64,000 nucleotides of DNA from Auanema rhodensis (lineage: Eukaryota; Animalia; Nematoda): assembly GCA_964057225.1 (NCBI GenBank), contig OZ059898.1:7998001-8062000 (forward strand), written 5' to 3'. Below are positions 25,847 to 39,253 of the stretch, piece after piece (position 1 is the stretch's first letter; each line of letters begins with the position of its first letter). The notes beneath the pieces were generated by a model. It worked only from the letters and a program-made list of their open reading frames with translations. It did not search any database and was not told the origin of the DNA. The translations under genes and the position numbers were made by a program.

Positions 25847-26710
25847 ATGTCATTTTACGAGAAGCAAGGGTCATCAGCTCAAGTTTCCGATGGGCGAAGG
25901 AAATGGGACGAGGTATGACAACAATTTTGTTCGCTTTAAATTGATATATTTTTAGGCTGAATATGAAAGAAGAGCGAAAGAAAGACTTGCAGAAGCAGCG
26001 GACGCAGAAGCTAAAAAGCTAGGAATTGCGAAGAAGGATGATGGTTTACCTCCAGTAAAAAAGAAGCAGTTGGAGTATCGTGATTTCAAGGTGAATATTT
26101 TTCATAATTAAATGTTTTTATTTTTTATTTTTAGCTTGATTTGGACTCAAAAGTTGGTAAAGCAGTTGTTATAAGCAAAACCACCCCTTCTGCTGAGTCT
26201 GGAGGATTCTATTGTGACATATGTGATTGTGTGATTAAAGATTCTCTAAATTTCCTTGACCATATGAACGGAAAAATGCATATTAAGTAATTGTTTCTTA
26301 TTTTATCGTATTATATTTTTATTCTTTAGAAACTTGGGAATGTCTATGAAAGTGAAAAGGAGCTCTTTAGAAGATGTTCAAGATAGATTTGCTTATAAAA
26401 AATGGGAAAGTATGTTATAGTCATAGAAAATATTAATAGAATTCAAAACTTTTTTAGAACAGCAAGAAAAAAGACAAAAGGAAAAGGAAGCAAGTAGTGA
26501 AGATATTGCTTTAGAGCAAGCCAAAATTAATGATGCTAAATTGGTTAGTATTTCAGTATTATTAAATCTTATAACATTAATGTTCAGAGTAAACAGGAAC
26601 GGAAGCGTAAGAGGGAAAAGGAAGAACTCGAAGAAGAAGCCGATGGACTAGATCCTGATATTCAGGCAATGATGGGAATTTCCGGATTCGGAACTTCTAA
26701 AAAGAAATAA
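25847..26710 (+). CDS. snu-23: Zinc finger matrin-type 2 / Snu23 spliceosomal protein
   Basis: RRKWDEAEYE; LDLDSKVGK; [49 protein letters not shown]; [13 protein letters not shown]. Confidence 0.95.
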
Positions 26711-26868
26711 TTTAATTGTTTGTATATTGTTTGTGAATCATATTACTTATAACATGTTAGTACATTTTTTGATCTCAGATTTTCCTTATTTTTCTCAATG
26801 TTCAATCATTGAAATACCTCTAACTATGCGTTCTTATATTGATTTTTTATATTTATTTATTTTAATAG

Positions 26869-28127
26869 ATGGGTCGAATTGAGCTTTTGCTCTTCCTTGG
26901 CCTTTTTGGCTGCATTTTTGCTGCTCAACAGACCATTGATGAAAAGGTATGCCTTTTCAGAGATTCTGCTGTACTGGTTCGTTTCTTTTTAGGTTGGGTA
27001 TTTGCAAGATCTCATGTATCGACAGCCTGTGATGCGTTTGAATTTGGACCGCTGGAGAACCTATGTACGTGCTCAGCCAAGAAATTACTCCATGATTGTT
27101 ATGTTCACTGCTCTCTCACCAGGCGTTAACTGTCCTATTTGCAAGTATGTCTTTTTTTCTTGTCAATATACCCTTTTTCATTTTAAGGCCTGCTTATGAT
27201 GAGTTTGTAATTCTTGCTAATTCTCATCGTCATCAGCATCTTGATTTAAAAAGTGTTTATTTCGCTGTAGTAGATTACGAAGAAGCTCCACAAATTTTCC
27301 AACAGGTACGTCTTGTATATGATATAGAGTTCTATCTACTTCTCAGATGAATCTTAATACTGCACCAATCTTGTACCACTTTGGACCAAAACTTCAAGGA
27401 AAAAAGAAGCCTGAGAAGATGGATTTCCAAAGACATGGATTTGATGCTGAAGCACTTGCTAGATTTGTTGCTGATAACACCGACGTCAACGTAGGCATTA
27501 TTTATATTAATTTATTCTTATTTCAATTCAGATTCGTATAACTCGCCCACCCAACTATACTTTCACAATTGTCGCTATTTTCTTAGTAGTCCTTCTTGTC
27601 GGCTTAGTTTACCTTAAGAGAGACAGCTTAGAATTTGCTCAGAATAAGACTACTTGGGGATTAATCTGTGTTGTATGTTATATTACTATCAAACTTATTC
27701 GTTTTGTCCCATTTCAGACTGTTGTATTCATTTTTATGTCTGGACAAATGTGGAATCACATTCGTGGTCCACCTTTCGTTATGCCCAATCCCAATACCAA
27801 AGAGACTAGCTTTGTTCATGGATCTACCCAATATCAACTGGTTGCTGAGACTTATATTGTTGGAATTCTCTATGGAATTATTACCTTCGGTTTTGTTATG
27901 CTAAGTGATGCTGTAGGATCTGATGATAAGAATGAGAAGAAAAAACAAAAGCCACTTTTTAACTTCCAGGGACAGAGTAAGTTGATTTATGCATAATGAT
28001 TTCTAATATGTCAATTTCAGCAATGGTATATTTCGCTTTGGGCCTTGTAGCTATATTCTTCTCACTCCTCATTTCGATCTTCCGTAGCAAGTACCGTGGC
28101 TACCCTTACAGCTTCCTTTTCAGTTAA
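26869..28127 (+). CDS. Oligosaccharyltransferase OST3/OST6 subunit (MAGT1/TUSC3 orthologue)
   Basis: Signal peptide; [13 protein letters not shown]; CPIC thioredoxin-like motif; [14 protein letters not shown]; [11 protein letters not shown]; [16 protein letters not shown]. Confidence 0.95.
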
Positions 28128-28283
28128 AGGATTTGCGCTAATTATCTGTTGTTTTAGTCTTTATACTTATATCCACTCCCTAAGTCCTTTGTATCTTTAT
28201 GGGTTTCATTATTTAATAAATTATTTGCAATATTAAACATTAAATAAATAAAAATAGAAAGATATGATTAAGAGATCACTGGT

Positions 28284-29401
28284 TCAAGAGCCAAGAGCCA
28301 AAAAAACATTGAGAAGATCACGGTCACAACAATCAACGGGCCGTTCTCCTTCCGAGTTCTTTGCTTGTAAGTCAGCACCGCTAGTTATCAACAATTCTGC
28401 AAGATCCCGTCTTCCACATAGAGCAGCTGAAAATAGAATTTGTTTCTCTAAAGAAACAGTTAACATTTATACCGAAATGAAGGGGAGTATTTCCATCACC
28501 ATCAATAGAATTGACATCAGCACCAGCTTTCAATAAGTAAATAGCAGTACTTTCTAAGCCACCGTCTACAGCCCAATGTAACGCAGTTAACTGTAATAGA
28601 ACCTATGAAAACACCTATTAATGCTTTTTTTGAAACCTTCATATGACAATCTCGTGTGTTTAATAAATCCGGTCGTTCGTCTAGAAAGGCTTTTAGCTTC
28701 TCAGGTTTATCAGCTTTCACAGCAGCGAACCATTCTTCAACTTTTTTATCTGTCTCCATACTGAAAAAAAGTTTATTGTTTTCAACTACCAAAAAAACAG
28801 ACGTATTAGCAACCGAAGCATCTTCGTAAAGCATCATTTGACTTGGTCTATTACCAAATCCTTGAGTACTTTGAGTAGCATCTTCCGGATCAAAACCTTA
28901 CATATAATTAATTAAGTCGGTATATAATTCATTTAATACGCACCTACGTTCAGATCTTCCAGGCGTTGTATATATGCTTGCATAGATTCATATCTGCTCA
29001 TTCCTCTCTTCGTTGCCCATACATCAAATTTACTTCTGTTTTTAACATCCAAAAGTGATGGCCGTTTCGACGGATCTAACAAAAACAATAAAAATAATAT
29101 AGCATAAAATAACAAGTACCGGAATCTCCGCATGTTGCTTGTTTGTAAAACGCGTAAAATTCCAAAAGATTATTATTAGAAATTCTGCCCATGACTCTAG
29201 GCAAATATCCTGTCGCAGCATTAAAAATCTTTCTAATAGATTTACACTCTTCATCATCCTAAACAATATCTAACTTCAATACAACAATAAATTATAATTA
29301 ACCTCTATATAATTATCAGACTCGTCTTCATCCAATGCATGATTAGAAGAATCTGATTTAAACCATGATTTAACCCAACGAGGTATTACAACCGCAAACA
29401 T
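28284..29401 (-). CDS. acbp-5: Acyl-CoA-binding plus ankyrin-repeat protein (ACBD6-like)
   Basis: ATG directly after TTTCAG; LLEFYAFYKQATCGD...KFDVWATKRGMSRYESMQAYI (ACBP domain); TALHWAVDGG, DGDGNTPLHF and QAKNSEGERPVD ankyrin repeats. Confidence 0.92.
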
Positions 29402-29513
29402 CTGAAATTCCAATTATGACCATTTCATCATTAACTATTGCTTTTTAAATCTATATTCGATATTAATTTTGTTGAAACAATCAAAACAAATAAAAACAAC
29501 AACAAGGAAAAAT

Positions 29514-29873
29514 TTATTGAGCGTTGCTAGATTGCATTGTTTCATATTTAGTTTGCGTATATGCGTTAATAGTAACAGCATGAATTTGAGGCATAATATC
29601 AGCAATAGCATCTTGAACTAATCTGAAACGATAAACTCAATTAACGTATAAAGTATAATTTTAAATGTTTCCTACCTATGACACTGAAGAACACGTTTTC
29701 CTTCAAATGCTTCAGAAACAACTAATATGCGGAATTTCGCTCCACATCCATCAGACTCATCCTCTACTTCCTGAATAAGATTAACAATTACTAATTTTTA
29801 TTTGAAAACCAACTAGATGAATAGGATTTAACTTCTGAAGTCTTTGCTTCACATCTTCCTCTGACACAACCAT
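29514..29873 (-). CDS. BolA-like protein 2
   Basis: Three exons: MVVSEEDVKQRLQKLNPIHL/EVEDESDGCGAKFRILVVSEAFEGKRVLQCHR/LVQDAIADIMPQIHAVTINAYTQTKYETMQSSNAQ*; not in the ORF track. Confidence 0.92.
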
Positions 29874-30437
29874 CTCTATATTTAAATTTGTCAAACAAAC
29901 AATATAAAATATAATGTTAAAAAATAATTTTCGGAATATATCAATAATACTCTTCTCAATTTTATGTTTTAGTGATGTGTTGTACTTGTTTCAAAAAAGT
30001 CTTCAATCAACTTCACATTTAAAGGGTAAGAAACTTTTAAAAGATATAAATAATTTTAAATATATTTGTTGAATATAACTGACTTGAAAAAATATAATTT
30101 TAACGTACATATTTATTTAAATAAAACAAAACTAAAAACCAAATGGTCATACCTTCAACAAGATTTGGAAAATTAAAGTGAATGAGGTGGATGTGAGAGG
30201 ATATTGGTTTGAAAACTTTGTGAGCAAAGCTATTATTTGAGGTCAGAAATAAAAATGAGGTGAGCAAGTTGGAAATTTTTGAGTTAAAAGTAAACCAGAT
30301 GGTTAGAAATAACAAAACTTAAAAAAATGGTGTCCAATGGGATACATGTCTCGAACGATAAAGATATAACAAATCAACAACATCTGGGTATTGCACAATT
30401 TTGCGAATTACTCAGATTAACTTCTCATGTTTGCTAT

Positions 30438-31279
30438 TTAAGCTTGGAACAATTTGGCTCTTCTAGCAGCTTCTTCCTCAGCTTCTCTTTTCTTTTTGGC
30501 TTCTAGGGCAGCAGGATCAGTAGTAAGAGGTTTTAAGAACAAGCGAGGTCTTTCTGCATCGATGTTTGGGTCGTCAACAACATCCTCTGTAGACAAATTG
30601 CCTTACTAAACTAACCAAGACTTTAAATACCTTTGACACTGTTGCGCCTTCTATCGCTGCGACCATTTTGAGGCCGACCTCCACGGCCAACAACCTGGAA
30701 TCCTCCACCTCGACGATCTTCTATTAATATATTAATAGAGAAAACAAAAAAAAGAAGCTTACCTCCACCAGGAGGACCGCCACGGTTACCTCCACCACCT
30801 CCACGAGGACCGCCGCGATTGCCGCCACGTCCTCCACGTCCACCATTTCCACCACGGTCTTTAGTTGTAGCTAAATCAATGCGAAGAGTCCGGCCGGCAA
30901 ATTCCTAAAAATCAATAAATCAGGAAAGAACGAAATCAGTTACTTACAATACCGTTAATGCCAAGTAGGAGATTCAACTGTTCAGATGTTGTAACCTCGA
31001 CATATCCGAAACCTTTAAACTGATCAGTCTCTCTATCACGAACTAAACGAATTTCGCAACCGCCAATCTGAAAATAAAAGTTAATTTGAGAAAAAAATCC
31101 ATAACTTCAAACAGTACCTCTTCCTCTGAAAAATTACATCCACTGGAAAGAATATGCTCAACATCACCATGAGTGCAATCAAAGGGCAAGTTGCCAATAA
31201 AAGCCTATATACAAACATTTACAACCTGATTAAAGGCTACTCCTCATACCTTGAAGGGACCCGTTTCGGGAGATTCCAT
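30438..31279 (-). CDS. drr-2: Translation initiation factor eIF4H (RRM plus RGG)
   Basis: GPFKAFIGNLPFD, IRLVRDRETDQFKGFGYVE, RTLRIDLA, RGG tract, ERPRLFLKP. Confidence 0.92.
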
Positions 31280-32844
31280 TATTAAACTTTAAGTTGGGTT
31301 AGAGCCTATAAAGAAAAAATTTAGCTTTATAAATTGTAAAATTTAAAACGATAATAATTTTGAAGATTGTTTTCATATATTGGTTAATATTCTTCAGAAA
31401 CATAATCAACATATTTGCTATTTGTTTAATGAATCAAGAACAGTAAGCGAAACATTGCTTTCAGTTCGTTAACCGTAAAATATTGTCCGTAACACGAGCA
31501 GACGTATGATTACGTATAAAAATAGATGTTATCTTCCAAATTAGATAAATGACCTGGATTACTTGATAATGTACAGGCAAACGCATTATTAAAAAATATC
31601 GAATGATTAAAAAATGTATTTCTGCTTGAAATATGAAGAAGGAAGGTTTGCTGCTCTGATAATATCCAAGGTTATGATTCATATTCAAGGTCAAATGTTT
31701 AGCTCTTATCTCTCTCCTTCTCACTCAAGAAAGATACAGCAAAATATACGAACAACTTATATAAGAGCTAGGATCCCCCTTTTTGATATGAATGTTGCTG
31801 AGTCAATTGCTTTACTTGCAATGTCCAATTAGGCAAGCGAGCCGGTACATATCGGCGGCCCTCATGAAATCGGATGCCAGAAGGCCGACAAACGTGTGAA
31901 GTTGAAAGGCGAAACATATTTGACACCATATTTAGACTGAATTAGGAAGTGAGTTGACCTTTGGCCCTACTACAGACTAATAGCTCTACAAGTGAGAAAT
32001 GTATTCTTTATAACTGACAATAGTTCCCTGAGCTTTGTCATGAATAGAACAGGAAGTGCGATATACAGAAAAGAGAGAATTAGAGCTGAAAAGAAAAAAT
32101 CTTGTTTATTTATACAAGGTCAAGCTCAATATTATGTCTATTTTTCAGATTTTTATAACTACTAATTTTGTATAAGTAATTATTTATAGAGATTCGCAGT
32201 AGTATCGGCATTTATTTGTCAATACAATGATTGCTTAGCGTTTCTTACGATAGTTTTTTTTATTTTGTTCGTATTATATGATATTGTGAACTCACAACCA
32301 TATATTTATAAAATTAATTCCTTTTCTGTCTTTTATTACTTCCTTCTATACTCTGTGCTAACTAAGATAATCATATAAGTCAACAAGGGATACATATCTC
32401 ATTGATGGCTACACAATAGTACCAGTTTCTTTTTACGAAAAAAAAGTAATTTATAGAAATGAAAAACGTTGCTCTAAATATAAAAAAAGTTCAATGATGA
32501 ACTTGATAAATTTCGTCCACATATGTGCTTGCCCACAAAAAAAAGATGGAAGTATTAGCTAGAAATTGCTACCATCAAATTGAACATACATACTCGATGT
32601 GTCCTTATACCAACATCAGTTTTCTTGTTCTCCACGTCACTTTTCTAAATTCAGTTTTTTTTCCTCTTAGTCTTCTAATATGTCAGCGGTATCATCTACT
32701 TTCTTTTTATACACGAAAAGAAGTAATTTTCGCTTCCCTCGAATCATTAGTTCATCTTCTTCACATGACCTCCCTCTACAATGATGCTTCAACTATCACT
32801 TGCTCCCTCTTCCTCCCTCTACCGGAAATTATATTTCAATTTTG

Positions 32845-32908
32845 GAAAATTCTGTTTCAAATGTATTTTCGAAGCATGATGCGAAAATTCTGTTTCAAAT
32901 GTATTTTC
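32845..32908 (+). repeat. 26-bp direct repeat containing CTGTTTCA
   Basis: GAAAATTCTGTTTCAAATGTATTTTC at 32845-32870 and 32883-32908. Confidence 0.9.
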
Positions 32909-33110
32909 CATGCAGAGTTTTTTTTTCTTCTCAGCTTAAGATAGCGAAAATATCATATAATGATGGGTCACGTCGCTCTGTTTCATATAAAATCTCTAAT
33001 CCCGAAATTCGAAGCTGAGGCCAAATGCTTATCCGTATTGTCTGGAACTATAAGTTTAAATAGCCCATATCTCCAGTTACTAATCGTATATCCGACGTCC
33101 ACTATCTCAA

Positions 33111-33111
<1 letters not shown>

Positions 33112-33197
<86 letters not shown>
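33112..33197. repeat. (TA)n microsatellite
   Basis: About 43 uninterrupted TA units. Confidence 0.97.
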
Positions 33198-33203
<6 letters not shown>

Positions 33204-36200
33204 ATATTAAATTCTATATGCATATACGAGAATCATTCTACATTGCCATGTATTTGTTTTTGATTCGAATCCACATATATAACAATCGGCTTCTGGAATA
33301 GACGAGACAGGAAATCCGGACCAAACGAATCGACCCTTGTTCTGAGTACCGAGCAAAGAGCGTCTGGATCTGATTGATAAGTATTAAAAATTCAACGATT
33401 GGATGAATTTATAGTTCATAATATTAATAAAAATATCATATTTTTATAAAAATCTTATACTATATATAAAATTATTCAGTTTCACATTTATAAAGGTATT
33501 AATTTAATTATATATTTATTTAAGTATTTTCAATCAAATCAACTAATATTATTTCAAATTTTTACTCACAAATTTTCGATGAAATTTGACATTTTAGTAA
33601 TTAGCATATAGCCTCCTTATTCTGCTAACATATTACTCTACTCAAAATTCTCATAATTAGATATTTGCTTTCTCATGCAAAGCCTTATACAGCATGAAGT
33701 CTGATCTTATTTAAGTAAGTTTTCAAATATGGAACAGTTGTTCTCTTATTCCATTTTTCTATTCATATTTTCAATCGTCTACAATGTCATATTTCTTCAA
33801 GTAAATCTTTTCTGCTTTTAAGTTCAAAGCATAAAATTTCAAAAATTTACTATCTAACAAACCTATAATTAGAGTAAATGAGATAGATCAACTTGATACA
33901 TAAAGTTCCAGTGTTCTTTACTTATACTCAAATCCTTTCAGCATCGTTTGATCATTAATTAAAATTATGTTTTTTTTAAAGCTGTATAAACGATATATAT
34001 ATATTAATATATTCAAAAATATCTAAATGTTACCTATTCCCCAAATTTTTCTTTTTACTAAAATTAAAAGAAAATCTTAGTTATTGATGCTTTGTACAGA
34101 TCTACAGATACATATTTTGGTCTTATTATTCCTTCCTCCCCCCTCTTTTCAAACAAGTAAATATTTCTCAAATGTAAATTAAAATTTAACAAAAGACAGT
34201 TTTTTTAACATTTAATCAGTGTTCCTTTCATGCATATTTTCAAATAAAATATTATATGTAATGAAACCATATCTTTATTATTTAAGAAATTTGAACAATA
34301 AGCTTAATTAGAAAGAAATAATTGTATGGATCCATATTACAAAATAAAAGATAAAAAGATAAATTTAAGTTTATTATTTAGTTTTAAATGATAAGATATT
34401 TTTTTGAGTATCTTTATATCTATACAATTTCTTTCTTTGATCTCACAATACTTGATTAAGATGGTATTCAGATCCGACAAATATGCAGAGGAGATACTGT
34501 ATTTTTGAATAATTTATCCAAAAATAAACTATGTAATCAATCATTAAGATTATACCAAAACGTTTATCATAATTTGAATTTTAGATGAATGATGCTAAAT
34601 TTCATGTCTGTGTCTGTCTAGTTATTGTGGTTCTGTCTGAAGCTCCAAAACTGCCATTTCTTTTCTTTAATTCTACTTCATACCAAGACATACAACTGAT
34701 CCTGAATAGCATCAAAGAGATATTATGTGGTTGAAAGATAAATTAGAAAAAGATGCATGACGTGTTAATTTTGTTGAGAAATGGTAAGAAAAGAAAAAAA
34801 AGAAGAGGCGAAAAGCAGAAAATATGAAATATGGAAAAAAATCAAGGCATCTATGTTATGGTGCTTGATTTCTGAATATTTCTATACTATTTTAAAATAG
34901 TGTGAAGTGTAAAAACCTAAGTTGAGAGCAAGAATGAGCAGTGAAACATTTTCTATTTCCGGTCTTAGTTTGTTTCATCAGCTTTTTGACCCTTATTTGG
35001 TCTTCTACAAGTCAAAATTAGATCTTCTCAGACAGATGTTGTCTTGTAATTGTCTGAAACATTATTTCATACATATTTCGTAAAACACGTATATATAGTG
35101 TATAAGGATATTTAATTTATTTGAATAATTATAAAACTAAGCTTCAAATATGAAATACAACTAAATTCAAAATTAGATATGTATTAACTTTTTCTTTTTT
35201 TTTGCTTTTCATCATTTGCTTCCTCATAGAACATATGTTATTTTATCTTATTTTTTTTCATCAGTCCAATATCTGATACAACTTTCATTTTCTCTATAAT
35301 TTTTTTATAATTCTTTTGACAACAGTGAATGTTAAATTTCTTATTTCATTTGAAATTAATCAGATACTATATGCTTATACACATCATTTTCTACATATTT
35401 TTATAATTTATAATATACATATTAAGATATACATATGTACATATATGTATATATATATATAATATAATATAATATACATACTATATACATATATATAGTA
35501 TATTATTATATATTATTTGAACCTTTTCAGATTTAGTTTAGTTGTGTAAAAGTTGAAAAAATCTGATGTTATTCATCGAAACTTTCATCTTATATCAGAA
35601 GCTTAAAAATAATATTTTTCAAAATATTTAAGCAGTGATCAGAAAGAAAAAACCTATTGACCACCAGCATGTTGTATCCCTTAGATGGTTAATAAAATTA
35701 TTTTGATTCTTTTTCAGCATATAATCTGCCTGTGGCTTTTGCTATTGAGTAAAACCTTTCTAATAGCATTTTCATAATAGAAAACAGCATTTCATAACAT
35801 TTCAAGTCATTTATTTTAAAAATTTGTCATATGTTAGTTTAAGGTAAGTGCGAAGGCTTTTGAAAAAAAGTTGTAGTATAGTTTATATTATAGTTCAAGA
35901 TATGTCGATCCGAAATAAACTTCAAAACAAAGATTATTTAAGAATTCTTTGAGTATTTAAGAAAAAATTACTTGCTCATTGTTATTTGTAGAAATTGAAA
36001 AATGAAAATATTATATTTTAAATATCATTTGTGATTGTGAGAGACAAACTTAATTGAAAAGTTCATTTTTCGAAGCTCTGCTTTATGATACTACTATATC
36101 TTTTGAATTAGGAGTATCAATTTTAATCAACATGTAGAGATGAGAAGATGTTTTAGATCTCCAAAATCGAATTGTCTGACTCTCTCTCTCTTCAGGTGTA

Positions 36201-36811
36201 TGTATGGTTTATCCATTCTATTCATGCTCTCTTCTACAGCAATGTGAACCAGCCTTTCCGCCGTGGAGGCGGTCCTCCGGTGCTCTATCCGTTCCAAAAC
36301 TAAGCTTTGAGCATGAGAGAGAGTAAGAGATAGAAAAAAGTGATAGAGAATAGCTGAGAGGCTGCAAGAGAGACAGAACGAATGAGAATGGATGGAGGAG
36401 GAGGAGGAGTAGGAGGAGGAGCAGAAGAGCTAAAGCCTGAAGGGTGGGCAGTTCTGATTTCTTATTTCCCAGCTTGTAAGCCTTACTGAACGGCAGCTTC
36501 TCCCTTTCTACGGCTAAAGTTTCATAAGCTTAATCAAGCTTTAAGCTATCATATATTTGGAAACCCTTTGCAATTTTCTCATAATAATTTTTATTAGACT
36601 TTCCAGAATATGATAATAGCATTTGTATATGAAAATACTCTCTCATTTTTGCTTATCTTTCTCTACTTCTTTATGTTATACTTCCTTTTCTTATTCTATA
36701 TATACACATATACTTTTTCAATTTACATACAATATGACGTGATTTATTCGTATCCAGAATATAGTTTTTACTCAATTTATAAATATTTTCTAGACAAGAA
36801 GTTCAACAGCA

Positions 36812-39215
36812 ATGTTCTTCCCTTCCATCTTGCGACTTGGTCTACTCGCTCTCATTTGTGCCTTCTTTGTTATGCCATCAGCATCCGCTTCTACAGGTAA
36901 AGAGAAGCCTCTCTATCCTATTTAACAAAGTATCATGCGTATTTTCGTTATTTTACATCATCTAACTATATATATATATAATCCTTATCATCTTATATTA
37001 TGAATCAAAATGTGTCAACATCAACAGTACCACATATCCATATCAGTATTAACCTTTGGAAACCTTTGGAAACCTTTGAAAACTTTTGAAAAATGTCGAA
37101 AACTTATAAGTTTTCCTTTTTAAATATTAGATATGATATCATATAGCTAGCTATAGTATATCCAAAATTTTTTCAATTTTCTTTCTTGAAAGTTCAAAAT
37201 TTGATTATTATTCAATAGAAGGTCAAATCTGAAATTATCATGATTATTTAAAAAACAATAATAATTATTCTTTGAAAATTTTCTTAAAAGTTTTCTTGTG
37301 TTGACCTTGTTTTCGACTTCTATTTCTCAGTAAAGCTAACACTCGTGCTCATGCTCATTCAGAAGTGAAAATTTTGTAAATCTTATATATCTTATCGAAA
37401 GGTGGATCGTTGCACAGCTGTTTATCATATCAAAATATTTATATATGAATATATATAGTTGAAAAAAATTCTTTTAATCTTTAAACTAATTTAATATTCC
37501 GAAAAAAAGAAATAAAGAAAATTTTATGCCTTAAAACCAATTGATCTTACAAGCTTTGAGATTTTTTCTATTTTTCTTCGTCTAGTCACATTCTTCCTTT
37601 CTCTTTCTATCGTATATTCTTAGCAGTAGAACAATAACGTTCTTCAACAAGATTCTAGTCCTCATCTTCTATCAGGCATCGTTCGTAGTTGACGTTGTTC
37701 GTTCCAGCATTATGGGTATGTCTCAATTGAGCTGTCTGCTCAGATGTAACGATGGACAACCGAAATGAGATGAATCTGAATGAATGATTGAGGGAGAACG
37801 ATGTATAGGAAATGCAATGAATGATATCATATAGCTTTGTCGTCTCTTTTCAATTGTTGAGAATGTATAAACACTACAGAGATGGCAAGTAAAATTGGTA
37901 TTTTTTCTCATCTGAAATACCGCTGTCCAAAAGCAACCTCCCCCCCCCCAACCCTCTCCACTTCACTCATCTATTCTATAGGCTTCTCTTTGTCAGCACT
38001 CCGAGAACTCTTTCTACGTTTGAATGAACTTTATTACAATTTTTTTGGCTGAAAGACAAGTCTAAAACTTCAAAAACTACATGTGGTTTAAGAAAAAAAA
38101 GAGTGAAATGCACAGATATTTTGATACATATTTGTTTGAACTTTGAACATGAACAGCTTGAGTAGACATAAAATTTGAAGTTTGATTCTTATACTTTGTC
38201 TTCGATCCCTTCTTTCTCAAAACCTTCTGTAATAACTACTCTAGTGTGTTAAATCAACATGAAGAGTCGATTAAGGTAACAGTTTGACTGAATAATGGAA
38301 GATTACTGTTCCAAGAACTTGATCAGCCTAGCATCAGATGGGCCATCTGCTAGCCCCCCGACATCTATTCCACTTGGAAACGAAAATTTCCAATAATTTT
38401 CCAGTCCAATTATGAACAAAACTGTGAAAGAATACAACGAATACGATACCAACTGAAATTGGTAATTGTATCCACAAGGCCATTTGAATCATCAGGTTAC
38501 GGTATAAACTTGAAAACTAGATTATTCAATAATACCGTTTACCAATTGGTCAATATTGTCAACGAGATTGACCGATGGTTACTGTATAATGCTTTCTGTA
38601 TTCATATTATTTGTTTATTTTATTAGATATTTGAGATTTGAATATAGGTTTTTGACAACAAAAATGAATAGGAAAATCTTTTCAAGGAAAATCATTAGAT
38701 TGATCTTATATATTGTCATAAAACAATAACAAAAAAAATAAAAAAATAGCTAAATATCAAATATTAGTTTAATATTTTTGTAGAAATATATTTATTTCTT
38801 TTATATAAATAAGTATCTTTTTGAAATAACTTTTTCACTTCATATTTTAACCAAAAATAAGAAAAGAAAAAGCTTTTCATTTTATAGATGCTATAGACAT
38901 AGCTAGCTAAATTCATATATATATATATATTTAGCTTTCTTTTTTCTGTTCAATAAATGATGACAAATTAACTTGAGAAGTTCAGGAAAAAAAGATTTCA
39001 TAGCTTTGTTATACAATTTTTTTATTAAATTCTTTAAAATAAAAAATATATTCAAGGTCCAAATGAGCTTAGTCTAATTTAGTCATAATACTAACAAAGA
39101 AGTTGGACGAAAAGTCCAAAATAACTTTTGAGTTTTTGCGTCACAACGAAGATTGTTCCCTGTTCCCCTCTCCCCCCCCCTTCTCTCTCTCTCTTTCTCT
39201 CTCTTTCATTCTCTT

Positions 39216-39253
<38 letters not shown>

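Noticed and set aside
31855-31916. Hammerhead ribozyme (CTCATGA...CGAAAC)
   Set aside because: The core needs CUGANGA; the third base is wrong and the three stems could not be built
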